Source: Blepharisma stoltei ATCC 30299
Taxonomy: Eukaryota > Protista > Ciliophora
Assembly: GCA_965603825.1 (NCBI GenBank)
Contig: CBFDEM010000024.1
Coordinates: forward strand, 62,001 to 126,000
Reading direction: 5' to 3'
DNA: 64,000 nt
Shown: positions 12,801 through 24,774 of the stretch, piece by piece
Numbering within the stretch: position 1 is the first letter of the stretch
Layout of the letters: each line of letters starts with the position of its first letter
Notes under the pieces: generated by a model
Seen by the model: the letters and a program-made list of their open reading frames with translations, nothing else
Databases searched by the model: none
Told to the model about the DNA's origin: nothing
Position numbers and translations under genes: made by a program

Positions 12801-13180
12801 AATCATTGCATATAAAAACTATGCCAAGCTATTTGGTGATAAAGAGTTTTGCTCAAATTTTCTTTGTGATTTTCAAAAAAACTATTGGCCTTTGGCAACC
12901 TGAAATTCATGGATTTCTTTATTTTGTTTTTTTTTCTATCTACATATGAATGATTTACCTTGTGAAGCCATATAATTATGATAAAATTTGCTTAATACTG
13001 ATCATATCAATGCTAATGGTTGCCTGATCTGTATTTTGGACATCGATAGCTAATGTAGTCATGGGAAATCTTACACCATGAATATGCTGTCAACTCATTG
13101 GGTGAGCTGTAATATTTATTTTGGGATATTTAAAAGCTAAAAAACTACCATCACTAATTATTACAGAAAGTGGATCTTAA
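9821..13180 (+). CDS. Signal peptide + two Venus-flytrap (ANF-receptor/PBP1) modules + multi-TM domain receptor; C-terminus truncated by an insertion
   Basis: Eight supplied ORFs share one frame joined by about 14 TGA=Trp; IIDFFEWKNFAII, LSNKTEYPEYMRI..ISYLGWTHAAVIF, ITWPGNSHTTPND; then about 8 hydrophobic segments; TAA 13178-13180. Confidence 0.82.
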
Positions 13181-13744
13181 TTTTAATTTTTAATAAATTA
13201 ACAGACAGTTCAGAGCCGTATTGGTGGCACAGTCATCTTGGGACTCGCCAGATGGTTTATTCACTTTGAGATGCCCACAAAATGAAATTATGGTTCGCCT
13301 ACTACAGTGAGCTGGCAGTATTTTTCTTCTCTAGAAGTCAATCTAGGTCAAGGCGACATCAGTGTGCACAAGTGAGGTTTTCATCCTCCTTGTCTTTATT
13401 AGAAGCTTCAGTATTGAGCGGCTGGGCTATGTTTTTTGCAGCCCTGCTTTGGATGAATTAAAAATAGCTTGATCCAAGGGGTGAATTTTGGAGCCTGACA
13501 GTTGCTAAAGTGACTGCAAGTAAAAGACTTAAATCCTATGCTGATAAACCCTGATATCTCGGGGCCAATGATCTTAGATCCCTAAGGAGATAGCGGCTCG
13601 ATTTCTATCGCAGGAACTAAGGAAGACTTACTTGAATATATAGAAGCAAGTACCAACCATAATTCTTGACTATTTCTAGCCTTATTAGCTGTGAAGTTAA
13701 GAAAATCTCCTCAGGTCACCATTTTATTACATACAGAAACTGGA
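13162..13744. mobile_element. 570 bp insert between imperfect 13 bp direct repeats (retroposed insertion with TSD, or IES-like segment)
   Basis: TACAGAAAGTGGA (13162-13174) and TACAGAAACTGGA (13732-13744); T-rich left end reads TAATTTATTAAAAATTAAAATTAAGA on the minus strand; interior more GC-rich than local intergenic DNA. Confidence 0.5.
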
Positions 13745-14005
13745 ATGGATATATCTCTTTTGTTTAAATTTATGCTTGGAAAGATAGAAGCAGATCATGT
13801 TAATAGAAAAGAATTAAAACTTATGTCAAGGAAAACGCTAAATGACTCGAAGAAAAGTAACATCATTATTGAAATTACAGAGAAAGAGAACCTAGAGGTT
13901 AGAGTTGAAGGAGAAGATGATTCTTATAGAAATCAAGCTGTGATTGGTAGCGATGAGAGGCTAAGGGCTGATGAAAATGAAAAATTGAATAATGATGCTA
14001 TGTAA
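13733..14005 (+). pseudogene. Orphaned cytoplasmic C-terminal tail of the upstream receptor (or of a paralog)
   Basis: Same frame as the 9821 gene; TETGMDISLLFKFMLGK.. continues directly from LPSLIITESG; TAA at 14005. Confidence 0.55.
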
Positions 14006-14717
14006 CATAAATTAAAGGATATAAGCTGATTATTTTTTTATTTATAAAACATCAAAAATATCAATTTTTAGTAAATTTTATTTTAAATTCTAAATATTGT
14101 TTATAATATAAGAAGGAATAGCCAGCCTCAAAAAAATCTTAGAAATTTTGATTGTGACCATTTAAAATTTCCTATATGGACACAGTATAGACCACTTGTC
14201 TGAATTTAAGGTATTTGCATAGTAAGTCCGCTTATGGCTGCGCAAAATCAGACTCTTAAATTGCAAAAATGGTTATATTCTTGAGATTTTGAATCCAAAT
14301 GTAAAAATTGGAGCTGATCGTTGATAAGCTTGCTCTATGCAGCAGATCATTTAGTTTCAGTTCTTAAGCGGCAAGATATTAATTACGCGGTAATTATTAG
14401 CATTAATTTAAGATCTGCATAGATTCTAGCTTTTGTGACACTGATAGCATAAAAATGACCTTGATATAATACCAAGATGTAGTGAGAAAAAAGAAGACTT
14501 GAAATCCAAATAAAATTCACTATTTGAAAGGCTCAAAGATGATAAATGCCTAGTCAGCGCTCAGAGGAATGATTCAAAAAAAAGTCATGTATTATCAATA
14601 ATTAAATCTGGTGAATAATCTATAATAATCTATCTTAAATCAAAAAATGGAAATCTATTAACATTAAATTATTCTCTCAATTGTAAGTGAAAATAGGAAC
14701 TTTCCTACAATAAATAA

Positions 14718-17700
14718 ATGGTTAAGTTCTGGACGCCTTTTCCCTTCTGTCTATCGCTATGATATTTGTTATGATGAACTTTATTTGTTTTAAACCCAGC
14801 AGATTCATCTTTGTCCGCATCTGATATTGTCATGTCATTCGAAAACGGAGGAAGCACCGCTCAGCTTATGACTCCAGAGACCTGGACAATATCTGAAGAC
14901 ACCTTGGTATATAACCCAAGCGCAGCTTCTAACAGCTTGACCTGCAGCACTATTTCTAATACGGATTACACTAACACTTTACCTGCCAAAACATTTGTGT
15001 ATGAAAGCAATGGTTTTTCCTTTTCATTATCAATTAGCACTGGAGACTCCAATTATGTATTGATTCTTGGATTTTGTGACGATGGGACAGTACAAAGAAA
15101 ATTTACTGTGGAGTTAGCAGATGCTTTTACAATTCTGAACAACTTTAATCCAGCTACAACAGTTGGAGCTTGCAAACTATATGAGACTTACACTCTTTTT
15201 ACACTGTCAAACTCAGGAACAACAATAATGATTAATGGGTCACCAGCAACACTATCATCAGCTAATATTATCACAATCGCTTTTACTGGGACAAAGCCAA
15301 TAATTAATTATACCATTTTAGTTATAGGAGACTGCTCCAAGGCAAACTATTGCTCCATGTGCAATGACCAATTATGCGCTTCCTGCGATCCATATTCCAG
15401 AACCTGCACATCTTGTGTAGCAAGAGCAAATTTAAATGGATCCAAATGTAAATGTGCTTCTCAATATTATGCAGATGCAGCCAGTTGTCAGCTTTGTGAC
15501 CAACTTTGTGAAACTTGTGCTGGTGGCGGAGTCTTTTCTTGCTCAGTCTGCATTTCATCACCCTCTTATTTAGTTGATGGTGTATGCTTAGCAGGCTGCC
15601 CATATGGCTTCTTGTCTCCTTGTATAAGTACATCAAATCCAGTTATTGATATAAATTTCAATCAAGATTTTTCAGGGAATTATGGAATTTTTATAACAGG
15701 AACCAGCTCAGTTTCTTATCAGTTTTTTAATTCTGCTGAGCAGGTAGATCCAGTTCCTTCTTATAAGCAAGGATTTTATTTTTCTGGGACTTATTTGGAA
15801 TCAAGCTCTCCCATTTTTCTTTCTCATACTTTTTCGATAGCTTTATGGGCTTATTTAATATCTGGAACTGGAGATTTGATGAGTAAAGGAGATACAGAAG
15901 TTTATGTATTAAATATACAAGGGACAGGAGTATTGAGTTTGCAACTGCAAAGCCCATCATTGGAATCAATAACAGTCAGTTCAAGCTCTTTTGATATAAA
16001 TAAAGGAATTTGAATTTTGCTTTCTTATACAGTTGCATTCTCAAATTATGCGACCACAATCACGTCTTATCAAAACAATGTTTCTAATACTCCTATGACT
16101 GAATCAGGCTATATTTTTAGAGAATCATCTTCATCATACCTTTATTTAGGCAAAGGAGCGAGCAATTTCAATGGCTTTATATACAATTTCAAGCTATGGA
16201 ATACAAACTATATATCTTTTTCTAATGAATTTACAGAAACAGAACTTTGTGACCAAGGAGGAAATTCTTGCTTTGGGACTTGTAATTTTGGTCAATACTA
16301 TTCGACCTCCAGCATGGAGTGCCAAAATTGTATGGGAATCTGCTCTTTTGGGTGCACTAGAGCTTCCTCCTGTAATATTTGCTATGATCCTTTATGCTCA
16401 ATCTGCACTGGCTTTGACTCTGGCAAATGTACAGAATGCGTTTTGAATGCTTCTAAATCAAAAAATAATGATTGTGATTGTGATGAGGGATATTATTCAG
16501 ATGGGTTTTCATGTGTTTTATGCTCTCAAGGATGCTCAACATGCATAGGAGAAAAATATTATCAATGCTCCTCATGCCTTTTAGAAAAGTATTTCCTTTC
16601 AGGTATGTGTTTAGACTACTGTCCAACTGGCTATAGTCAAGATTCTAGTGTATGCACACTATCTACGACGACTGCACTTACATTATCTTTGCAAAATTTG
16701 ATTTCTCTAGGCACTATAAGCAGCTTTCAGGTCGGCTCATCAAATTCTAATAGTTACCCTAATGTTGATTCTAGTGACCCAATTCCGTCAATTTATAGAG
16801 GATACTATTTCAGAAGTACTTGTTATGTGACTTATAGCTCCTTTACAATGACACCTTATTTTACTATAACAGCTTGGGTAAAATCTACAGAAAAAGGAAA
16901 TTTATTAGTAAAGCTTGATAGCAGCTTAACTTCTATGTTTTCTTTCTCATTTACCTCAGTAGGCGCAGCATCTTTAGTACTTGAACTCAGCGACACCTCA
17001 ACAGTTTCTTGTGCAGGATCGTCAAATTTGTTCGGAAGCTGGCACAATATCGCATTCACAGGAGACATCTCAAGTGGGAAAACTTCTATTAATTTATATA
17101 CAGATGGCCAAGCTGTCACTTCTTCAGTTTCTACAAATGCTTATCCATTCATAGATTCTTTATTGGGGACTTTATATATTGGCTCCCAAACAGGCAATGA
17201 TGGCTTTACAGGGTTTCTTTGGAGTCTTAAATTTTTCAATGGGAATTCTTATATGTTTAGCGAATGGGTCACAAGTGAGTGCAATTCTGGTTGCTCATCA
17301 TGCCCTTCAGAACTTTTATGTCCTGACAATTGTGGATTTGGGTACTTTTACTCTGGCTCAGGCTGCACTCAATGCTCAAGTAACTGTGGAAGCTATGGAT
17401 GTAGAAGCACAGAAACGTGTAGGCTCTGTAAGGCTAAAGAATGCTTATCTTGTAATTCATTTGATGGAGCCTGCATATCATGCATTACAAATGCATCTAA
17501 AATTGGAACTGAATGTGCCTGCAACGATAACGCATTTTGGGAAAGTTCGTCAGAGACATGTGAGTTGTGTGATGCAAATTGTTCAAAATGTTCAGGAAGC
17601 TATTATTTTTTGTGTAGCACATGTGCATCAGAAATGATACTTGTAGGAAATGTATGTTTGAATGGGTGCCCACAAGGATTTACAGCAAGCCCAATCTGTG

Positions 17701-20700
17701 AAAATGTATCATCAGCAACAGCTTTTCAGGTATCGTTTGATACTTATTTTATGGGTGTCTATGGATCTATTTTCAGAACGTCAAGCTCGGAGTCAACATA
17801 TCAGTTTTTTAACAGCCCAGATAGTTTAGATCCAGTGCCAGCTTATAAGAGGGGTCTTTATTTTTCAGGAGGGCAATATTTAGTTTCTGATACCAGCATT
17901 CTACTAAACAATAATGTATCAATGGGTCTATGGATTTATGTGATCTCAGCTGGAGATATCCTTGAAAAATCACCTGGAATAAGACTCAAATCTTCAGGCG
18001 CTTTAACTGTAAGTCTAGAAAGCCCTTCTCTTGCCCCAAGCACTCTTTCTACTGCAGATTTGAATGCTTTTACTGGCTGAAATTATCTATCTTTTTCTAT
18101 TTCTTTTACAAAAGGAGATACATTTATAACAAATTATTTAAATGCATTACCAGGAGACACTGCGAGCGCTTTTTCTAATATTTATAGAGATTCTTCAAGT
18201 GAGTTATATATTGGCAAAAGCTCAGAGAGCTCTTTTAGCGGATTTATTTATTATTTTGCTTTATGGAATTCAGCTATCAGTGATTTTCGCTCTGATTTGG
18301 CTATTCCTTGCTCAGCTAGCGCCTACCCTTATGATTCGTGTCTGTGAACTTGTGATATTCATCAATATTTTAGCTCAGAATGCACCAATTGTGATGATGG
18401 GTCAGATGAAGGCTGCACTGCTGGTTGTGTACGAGGGTCGACCTGCAATATATGCAATGATTTATTATGTGCTGTTTGTTCAGGATTCAATGAAGGAGCC
18501 TGCACATCATGCACATCTCATGCATCTGGAACCCCTTGCTCATGTGATGCAAACTATGAAGTATCAGTAGACGGGCTATCCTGCATCTCTATTATCTGTT
18601 TTTCTGGCTGCAAATCATGCTCAGGAACTAAGAATTTTCAATGCTTGTCTTGTCAAAAATCTTATTATTTCATTGGTGGGTTTTGCTTAACAAACTGCCC
18701 TACAGGCTATAATACAAATTCCGCCACTGATACTTGTGATTTTGTAAATAGCCAAATTTTATATCTTGATCTGACTGACCAGCTAAAGTTAAACTCTGTG
18801 AGTGGATTTTCTGTTGGAAATGACAATACAAATGTATATCCGTTATGGGATACAAATGACCCTAAGCCATCTAAAGGAAGAGGATACTATTTTGAAGGGA
18901 CAAGCTATATGACAACAAACTCAAATATAATAATCGGCCCATGGTTTACTATAACTATATGGATAAAAGTTATTTTTGATGGATACCTTCTGACTAAATC
19001 AGGCACAGATAATTTCTCAATACAAATAACCAATGGAAGTCCCCATGTATTAATAAAATTATCTGATGGGGATACATTATCTGTTTCAACTGAAACAATT
19101 ATTAGTGAAGCATGGCATTATATATCCATTGTAGGAGATGTTCAAATTGATGGGAAATACATCGCAAAAATATTTCTTGACACAATTCAAATGTCTGTTG
19201 CCGAAGGATCACAGAGCAGCTATTTTAATGATTTAGCATCGAAAATTATTTTAGGGACATATAATAACTATGCAAGCGGATTTATGGGATTTCTGTGGAA
19301 TTTAAAGATTTATAATGATAATGCCCATGCACTTGATGATTTCTCCTCAACCTGCACAAATTTATGCTCAGCTTGCCCATCAGATTTAACTTGTCTCAAT
19401 GATTGCCATTTTAATGAGTTTTCTGATTCATGTCGCAATTGTAAGAGCTCTTGCTCTGAGGGCTGTGTTAATGATTTGACATGTAGATTATGCAAAAATA
19501 AAGAGTGTTTATCTTGTGATACCTTTTCAGGGACATGTATTAGCTGCATAGATAATGCGGGGTTTGTTGGAACAGACTGTCAATGTAATGAAAACGCCCT
19601 ATGGGAGAGTGAAACAGAATCGTGTGAGCTTTGTAACTCTGCATGCTCATCGTGCTCGACATTAGCATTTACAGGATGCATTTCATGTGAAAAATCGCGA
19701 AAAAAGTTTGAAAATTTGTGTATTCAATATTGTCCGACTGGGTATACTTATATATCAAGCAGGTTTATACTAGATGAATATTTGAATGGCTTTGTTTTTG
19801 ACTTAAAACCGAATCAAATAAAAGATACAGTTTATGATTCAAAATCAAATATAGCTGTAGAAACAGGGGAAAACTATGATTTCTATCCATTTTATATGCC
19901 TTCTGATCCAGTTGCTGCAGAATATCGTGGGTATTACTTTACTGGGACTTCATATATGAAGTTTAGCGGTTTCCTCTTTGCTCCAAAATTAAGCATTTTT
20001 ACTTGAATAAGAACTTTAGATGGTGCTGGAGATTTATTAGCTAAAGAAGCTGCTAATTTTACTGATTTTCTAAGGCTTGGGCTGAATAACTATTATCCGG
20101 AATTTGAGCTACGTATAATTGATGGGGTTACGTTGAAGCAAAAAAGCTATACACAAATTGGAAATCAATGAACTCTCTTAGGAATAGTATCAGACATCAA
20201 TAATATCCCATCTCAACAAATTGGAATTTATTTAAATGGAGCCCTCGACAGCCTCAGTGTCCAAAACACTCTTTGGTTTGAAGACTTGCAGGATTCATAT
20301 ACAATTACTATAGGAGCTTCTTATGTTGATAGTAAATTAAGCAACTTTTTTGTAGGATTTTTGTGAGACTTAATGATTTGGAATAGAATAATAGAGCCGT
20401 CATTATTTATTACAGAAACTTGTCAAGGATGCTCTCTATGTCCAATTAGTAATTCTGGGAACTGCTTAATAAATTGTGAAATTTCTGAGTACTGGGATGG
20501 AAACTCTTGTCAAAACTGCGCTGAAGCTTGCACTGGGACTGGATGTGTAAGACCTGACAAGAACTGTAATTTATGCGCCGACATAATATGCAATGTATGT
20601 GATGATTATAATTCAACTTGTATTACCTGCAGGCCTAATGCTCACTTATCTATAGACCAATGTGTCTGCGATGACGGGTTTTATTGAAACGAAATAAATG

Positions 20701-23600
20701 AAAAGTGTTCACCTTGCCATTCTTCATGTAAGAGCTGCACAAATGAAAATTTCATGAGCTGTTTGACATGTGCAAATGATTACTATCTTATTAATGGGCT
20801 ATGTCTTGAATTTTGTCCTTTGGGATATTCTTATGGCTTGAATGTATGCACTCTTAAATATGAGCACATTTTTGAATTAGATTTAAACATTTTGAATGGC
20901 TTGATATATGATAAGAAATCGCTTATTCCAATTTTAACTGGGTCCACAAATAATTTTTATAAAAATTATGACGATGATGACCCTATCCCTGCTCCTCTTC
21001 GAGGATTTTATTTTAATGGAAATTCGTCTATTCTGCATTTACCAGAGCATTTAGCATATATCACGCCAAAGTTAATTATGGCCCCTGTTTTCACATATTC
21101 AATATGATTTAATCCTGAATTACCAGCAATGACTATAGCATCACTTATTGACTCCTCAAGGACTATAGAGTTTGAAATCAGCTTGGCTAATTCATATCCT
21201 TTTTTTACTATAAATCTCCAATTTGTCGGTATATTTAGTCACATTTGTGAAAAATCTGCTTATTTATCAGAGTGGAATCATTTAATGATATCTATCTATT
21301 TTGACCCTTCAGGGCATTCTTTTATAAATTGTGCAGTAAATACAGTTTCCGATTCTTCTCTGACAGATTCAGGTATTTCTTATTACAAAGCATCTCAATC
21401 AGGGATGAAAAATGTTATTGGTGCTAAACTGCAAAATTCAAATTTAAGTGACTATTATCAAGGATTTATCTTTAGCATTAATATTTTTAACGCTATTAAA
21501 GATATATCTCAATTAGCTTTATACCAGCCATTTTGCTCAGAGAATTGCAGATCATGCTTGCCAACCAAAATTTGTATCCCAAATTGTAGTGTCGGTAAAT
21601 TCTGAATTGGACCTAATTACAACTATTGCTCTGACTGTCATCACAATTGCACGTTTAGCTGCAAAGATTCTTCGTCAACTTGCAGTTTGTGCCATAATAA
21701 TCTTTGCGAAGCGTGCACTGACTATAAAGCAGATTCATGCTTAGAATGCAAAGAAAATGCTGATAATGCTCCATTTTGTAAATGCTCAAGCCACTATGGC
21801 GTAAGTAAAGATTTATTATATTGTGAAGAATGCAAACCAAATGAGTACTCAGATGAAGGAATATGCAGTTATTGCCCAGATAGATGCATTTCTTGTGAAA
21901 ATAATAATAACTGTACAAGCTGTATAAATAACGCTGAAATCTATAACGGATTATGCAGATGTGAAATTGGCTATAATGGCACAGCAGAATGTTTACTAGT
22001 ACCTTTTAATGCATCCTTAGCTGTTAATAAAGACAACTCTTTGAATTTAACATTTTCAGATGAGCTTGCTGCAGATTTATCAGCCAATGATCTGTTTATA
22101 GAAATTAAAAATCTTGATGTTTCTGATTTTTCTTTCTCATTAGAAAAACATGACCCACATTTTTATAAAATTTTATTATTATCATCTACCAGTATTAAAA
22201 AAGGAGCATGGGTTTTTGTAACTTTTATTAATTTGACCCACTGTGTTTCTATCTCAAACGGTTTATTACAAAACTCTACGTTGTCAGGTATTTTATATCA
22301 TTATGATCCTTATTCTAATCTAAAAGAAACTGCTGAGATTTCAACAGAATCCTCAGCTATTTTTGAAGCATCTGTTGGAGCAGTTTTAGCTTTAAGTGTT
22401 ATAAATCCTTCACCTGGTGGATTCTGAAATATGATTAACGCTTTGCAGATCATTTATTATTTAGGCTTGTCAAAAATTCCAATGTCTGACTCTTTTTTTG
22501 AGATTATTACAAAAATGAATGCTATAAAATATGCACCAAATATATTTTCAGAGTTTATTAGTAAGGATAGTGGAAATATTCCATTTGATCAAGCTGTAAA
22601 ATTCAGCTATAACAGTGATATAATGTTTCTAAACGCAGGATGCGATATTACAATCTTTTTAATTATTATAGTTACTTGGCTTTCTGTGCTTTCCTTGTCT
22701 TTAATTCCTTATCCACCACTTTCAAAAATAGTTTCAGCTATTTTATCTTATTATAAATATTCAGTATTTTTAAGGTTCTGGGTCCAAGCTTACTTAGACA
22801 TTGGAAATGCGGCTCTTATAAGTTTGTTATACGTAATAGACATTTAGTTTTCAGCTGGAAATGCTATTCAGCTAACAAGCACTTTATTATCATTAGCATC
22901 AATTGTGAGATTAATTTAGACTTTGGCTTTTATTTCGCCAATAGCTTTAATAAGGCTATCTTCAAATAATTTAAGCAGAATACAGCAAGAAGACAAAGAA
23001 TACTGCTCAAAATGAAATTCATTATTTTATGAGTTCAAAAATGACAAAGGCCTTATCAGTACCCAATATTATTTTGTTTTTTTTATGAGAAGGCTGATAT
23101 ATATGGTAAATCTTGTGCTATTAGGGCAGCATTCAGAAACTCAAATTTCTATCAATATTTTGCTTTCATTTATGACTCTAGTTTATTTAATAAAATATCA
23201 GCCATATAAAGAAATTTTATTGCAGATTGCGAATCTTGTCAGCGAAGTTGCCATATTATTATTAATGGCAATGATATCTGCAAATTTATTTGATGTTCCA
23301 GAAATAGAGCTGACGAGCTTTGAACTTGTTATGGCAGTTCTGATTTTGGTTGTCATTGGAATTCAAATATTGGCTTCATTAGGCATTTTTGTTAAAGTTT
23401 GCTATAATATAATTAGAAAAGGCTTGCAGTCCCAATCAAGTACAGACCATAAATATGCGATTAGTACAGTTCAGCCAGAAATTGTTGTAGAAGATCTTGA
23501 AAGGACACCAGCAACTCAAGAAACTGAAGTCACTATGACGGCATTTGATAAGCAAATGTTTATTATAGCTGAAGAGGACGAAATTATTTCTCGTACCTAA
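14718..23600 (+). CDS. Giant (~2950 aa) surface receptor: signal peptide, malectin-like domain, six LamG/ConA-like modules alternating with furin/EGF-like Cys-rich repeats, C-terminal multi-TM domain; two 15-nt introns
   Basis: All large ORFs from 14811 to 23600 share one frame joined by TGA=Trp; six DPxPxxxRG[YF]YF repeats; CxxC arrays; introns 22833-22847 and 22905-22919 remove in-frame TAG. Confidence 0.85.
22833..22847 (+). other. 15-nt spliceosomal intron
   Basis: GTAATAGACATTTAG; A at position 10; ends in in-frame TAG. Confidence 0.85.
22905..22919 (+). other. 15-nt spliceosomal intron
   Basis: GTGAGATTAATTTAG; A at position 10; ends in in-frame TAG. Confidence 0.8.
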
Positions 23601-24774
23601 AGATATTTAATAAGGTTTAATTTTAATATCGTTACAAATATAATGTAACACTTTTTAATATAAACATAGAAATTGTTTATATTTAAAATCAATTTTTTGG
23701 TTTCTAATTATAACTATCAGCCAGATACTCAATAATAGGGCTTGCTCTTTGTATCGGTTAGATAATAGCTAAAAACCCTATACAGATTTCTATTAGGAAT
23801 AACTAAATGTGAATTGTTTTATACAATCTTTTATATTGAAGTAAGTTTTAAAATATCAGATGCAAGCATTGAAAATATCATTATCTTAAATAAACTTTTC
23901 AAAGTCAAAGCCTTAAAATAATTAAAGGAGTGAAAGATTTCTGGCTTTTTCTTCTTAGCATGGCTCTATATATTGATATTAAAAAACTGCGATAATTTCC
24001 AAAAACTTTATCTTCTCAATTATGAGCTCTTAATCTTCTTATAAAATAAATCTAATTTAATAATGCCTTTTACTTAAATATTAAATGGCTTTTCCAAAAT
24101 TGAAATATATTATCATGCAGCAATTCAGAATCCTTTAATTTATCAGCAGATGCTCAAATCTTAATAACCCCAATTTAATTAAAGGCAATTTATCTCACTG
24201 CTCCAGCTTAAACTAAAGGAATTAATTTTTATATAAGATAAAAATATAGCTTGATTGTAATATTTTGAATTTTAATCTATTTTTTATAGAGAATAAATAA
24301 AATAAATTAATTTATTGAGTTTGCCAGCTGTTTAAATAGATTTCTACTAAAGGCACAGTTTTGATGAAATCAAACAATATTAATTTTTATGTTGAAATTC
24401 AATAAAAGAATTTCTAATTAATAATCTTCTTAAAATTAATCTGAATCAGTATTAAACCAAGTCTTTAAAAATTTTAAAATTAAACAATAATTATCTCGCG
24501 TTTCCATCATTCCAATTCAAAATTTATATATAATTCAAAATTACTGCTAAATATAAAAAGTGCTTTTATCTCTATAAATATGAATACTATTCTGAATATA
24601 TATTATCAAGTCATCACCAGTTTCTGAGATTATAAATGGAATTATTTCATTCTATATATTTCCCTTATTAATCTTTAAATTTTCTGCTTATTTCTGAAGC
24701 CTCAAAATTTTTCATTTTTTGCTAAATTTCAGATTTTAACTTTTCTCCCTTTTCAACTTAATCAGTAATAAAAA

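Noticed and set aside
13177-13700. piggyBac-like TTAA-bounded element
   Set aside because: Only a 9 bp imperfect inverted repeat; TTAA is very common here; excision would leave the stop codon
14006-14717. Slightly GC-richer spacer as ncRNA or element remnant
   Set aside because: No recognisable RNA motif, terminal repeats or coding similarity
15322-19549. Alternative-frame and antisense ORFs within the giant Cys-rich gene (also those inside IMPDH, DnaJ, MNS1 and the WD40-TRP gene)
   Set aside because: Shadow ORFs with no motifs, overlapping well-supported genes
23601-24774. Heat-shock elements or a hidden gene upstream of DnaJ
   Set aside because: No correctly spaced triple nGAAn array and no credible ORF found by eye
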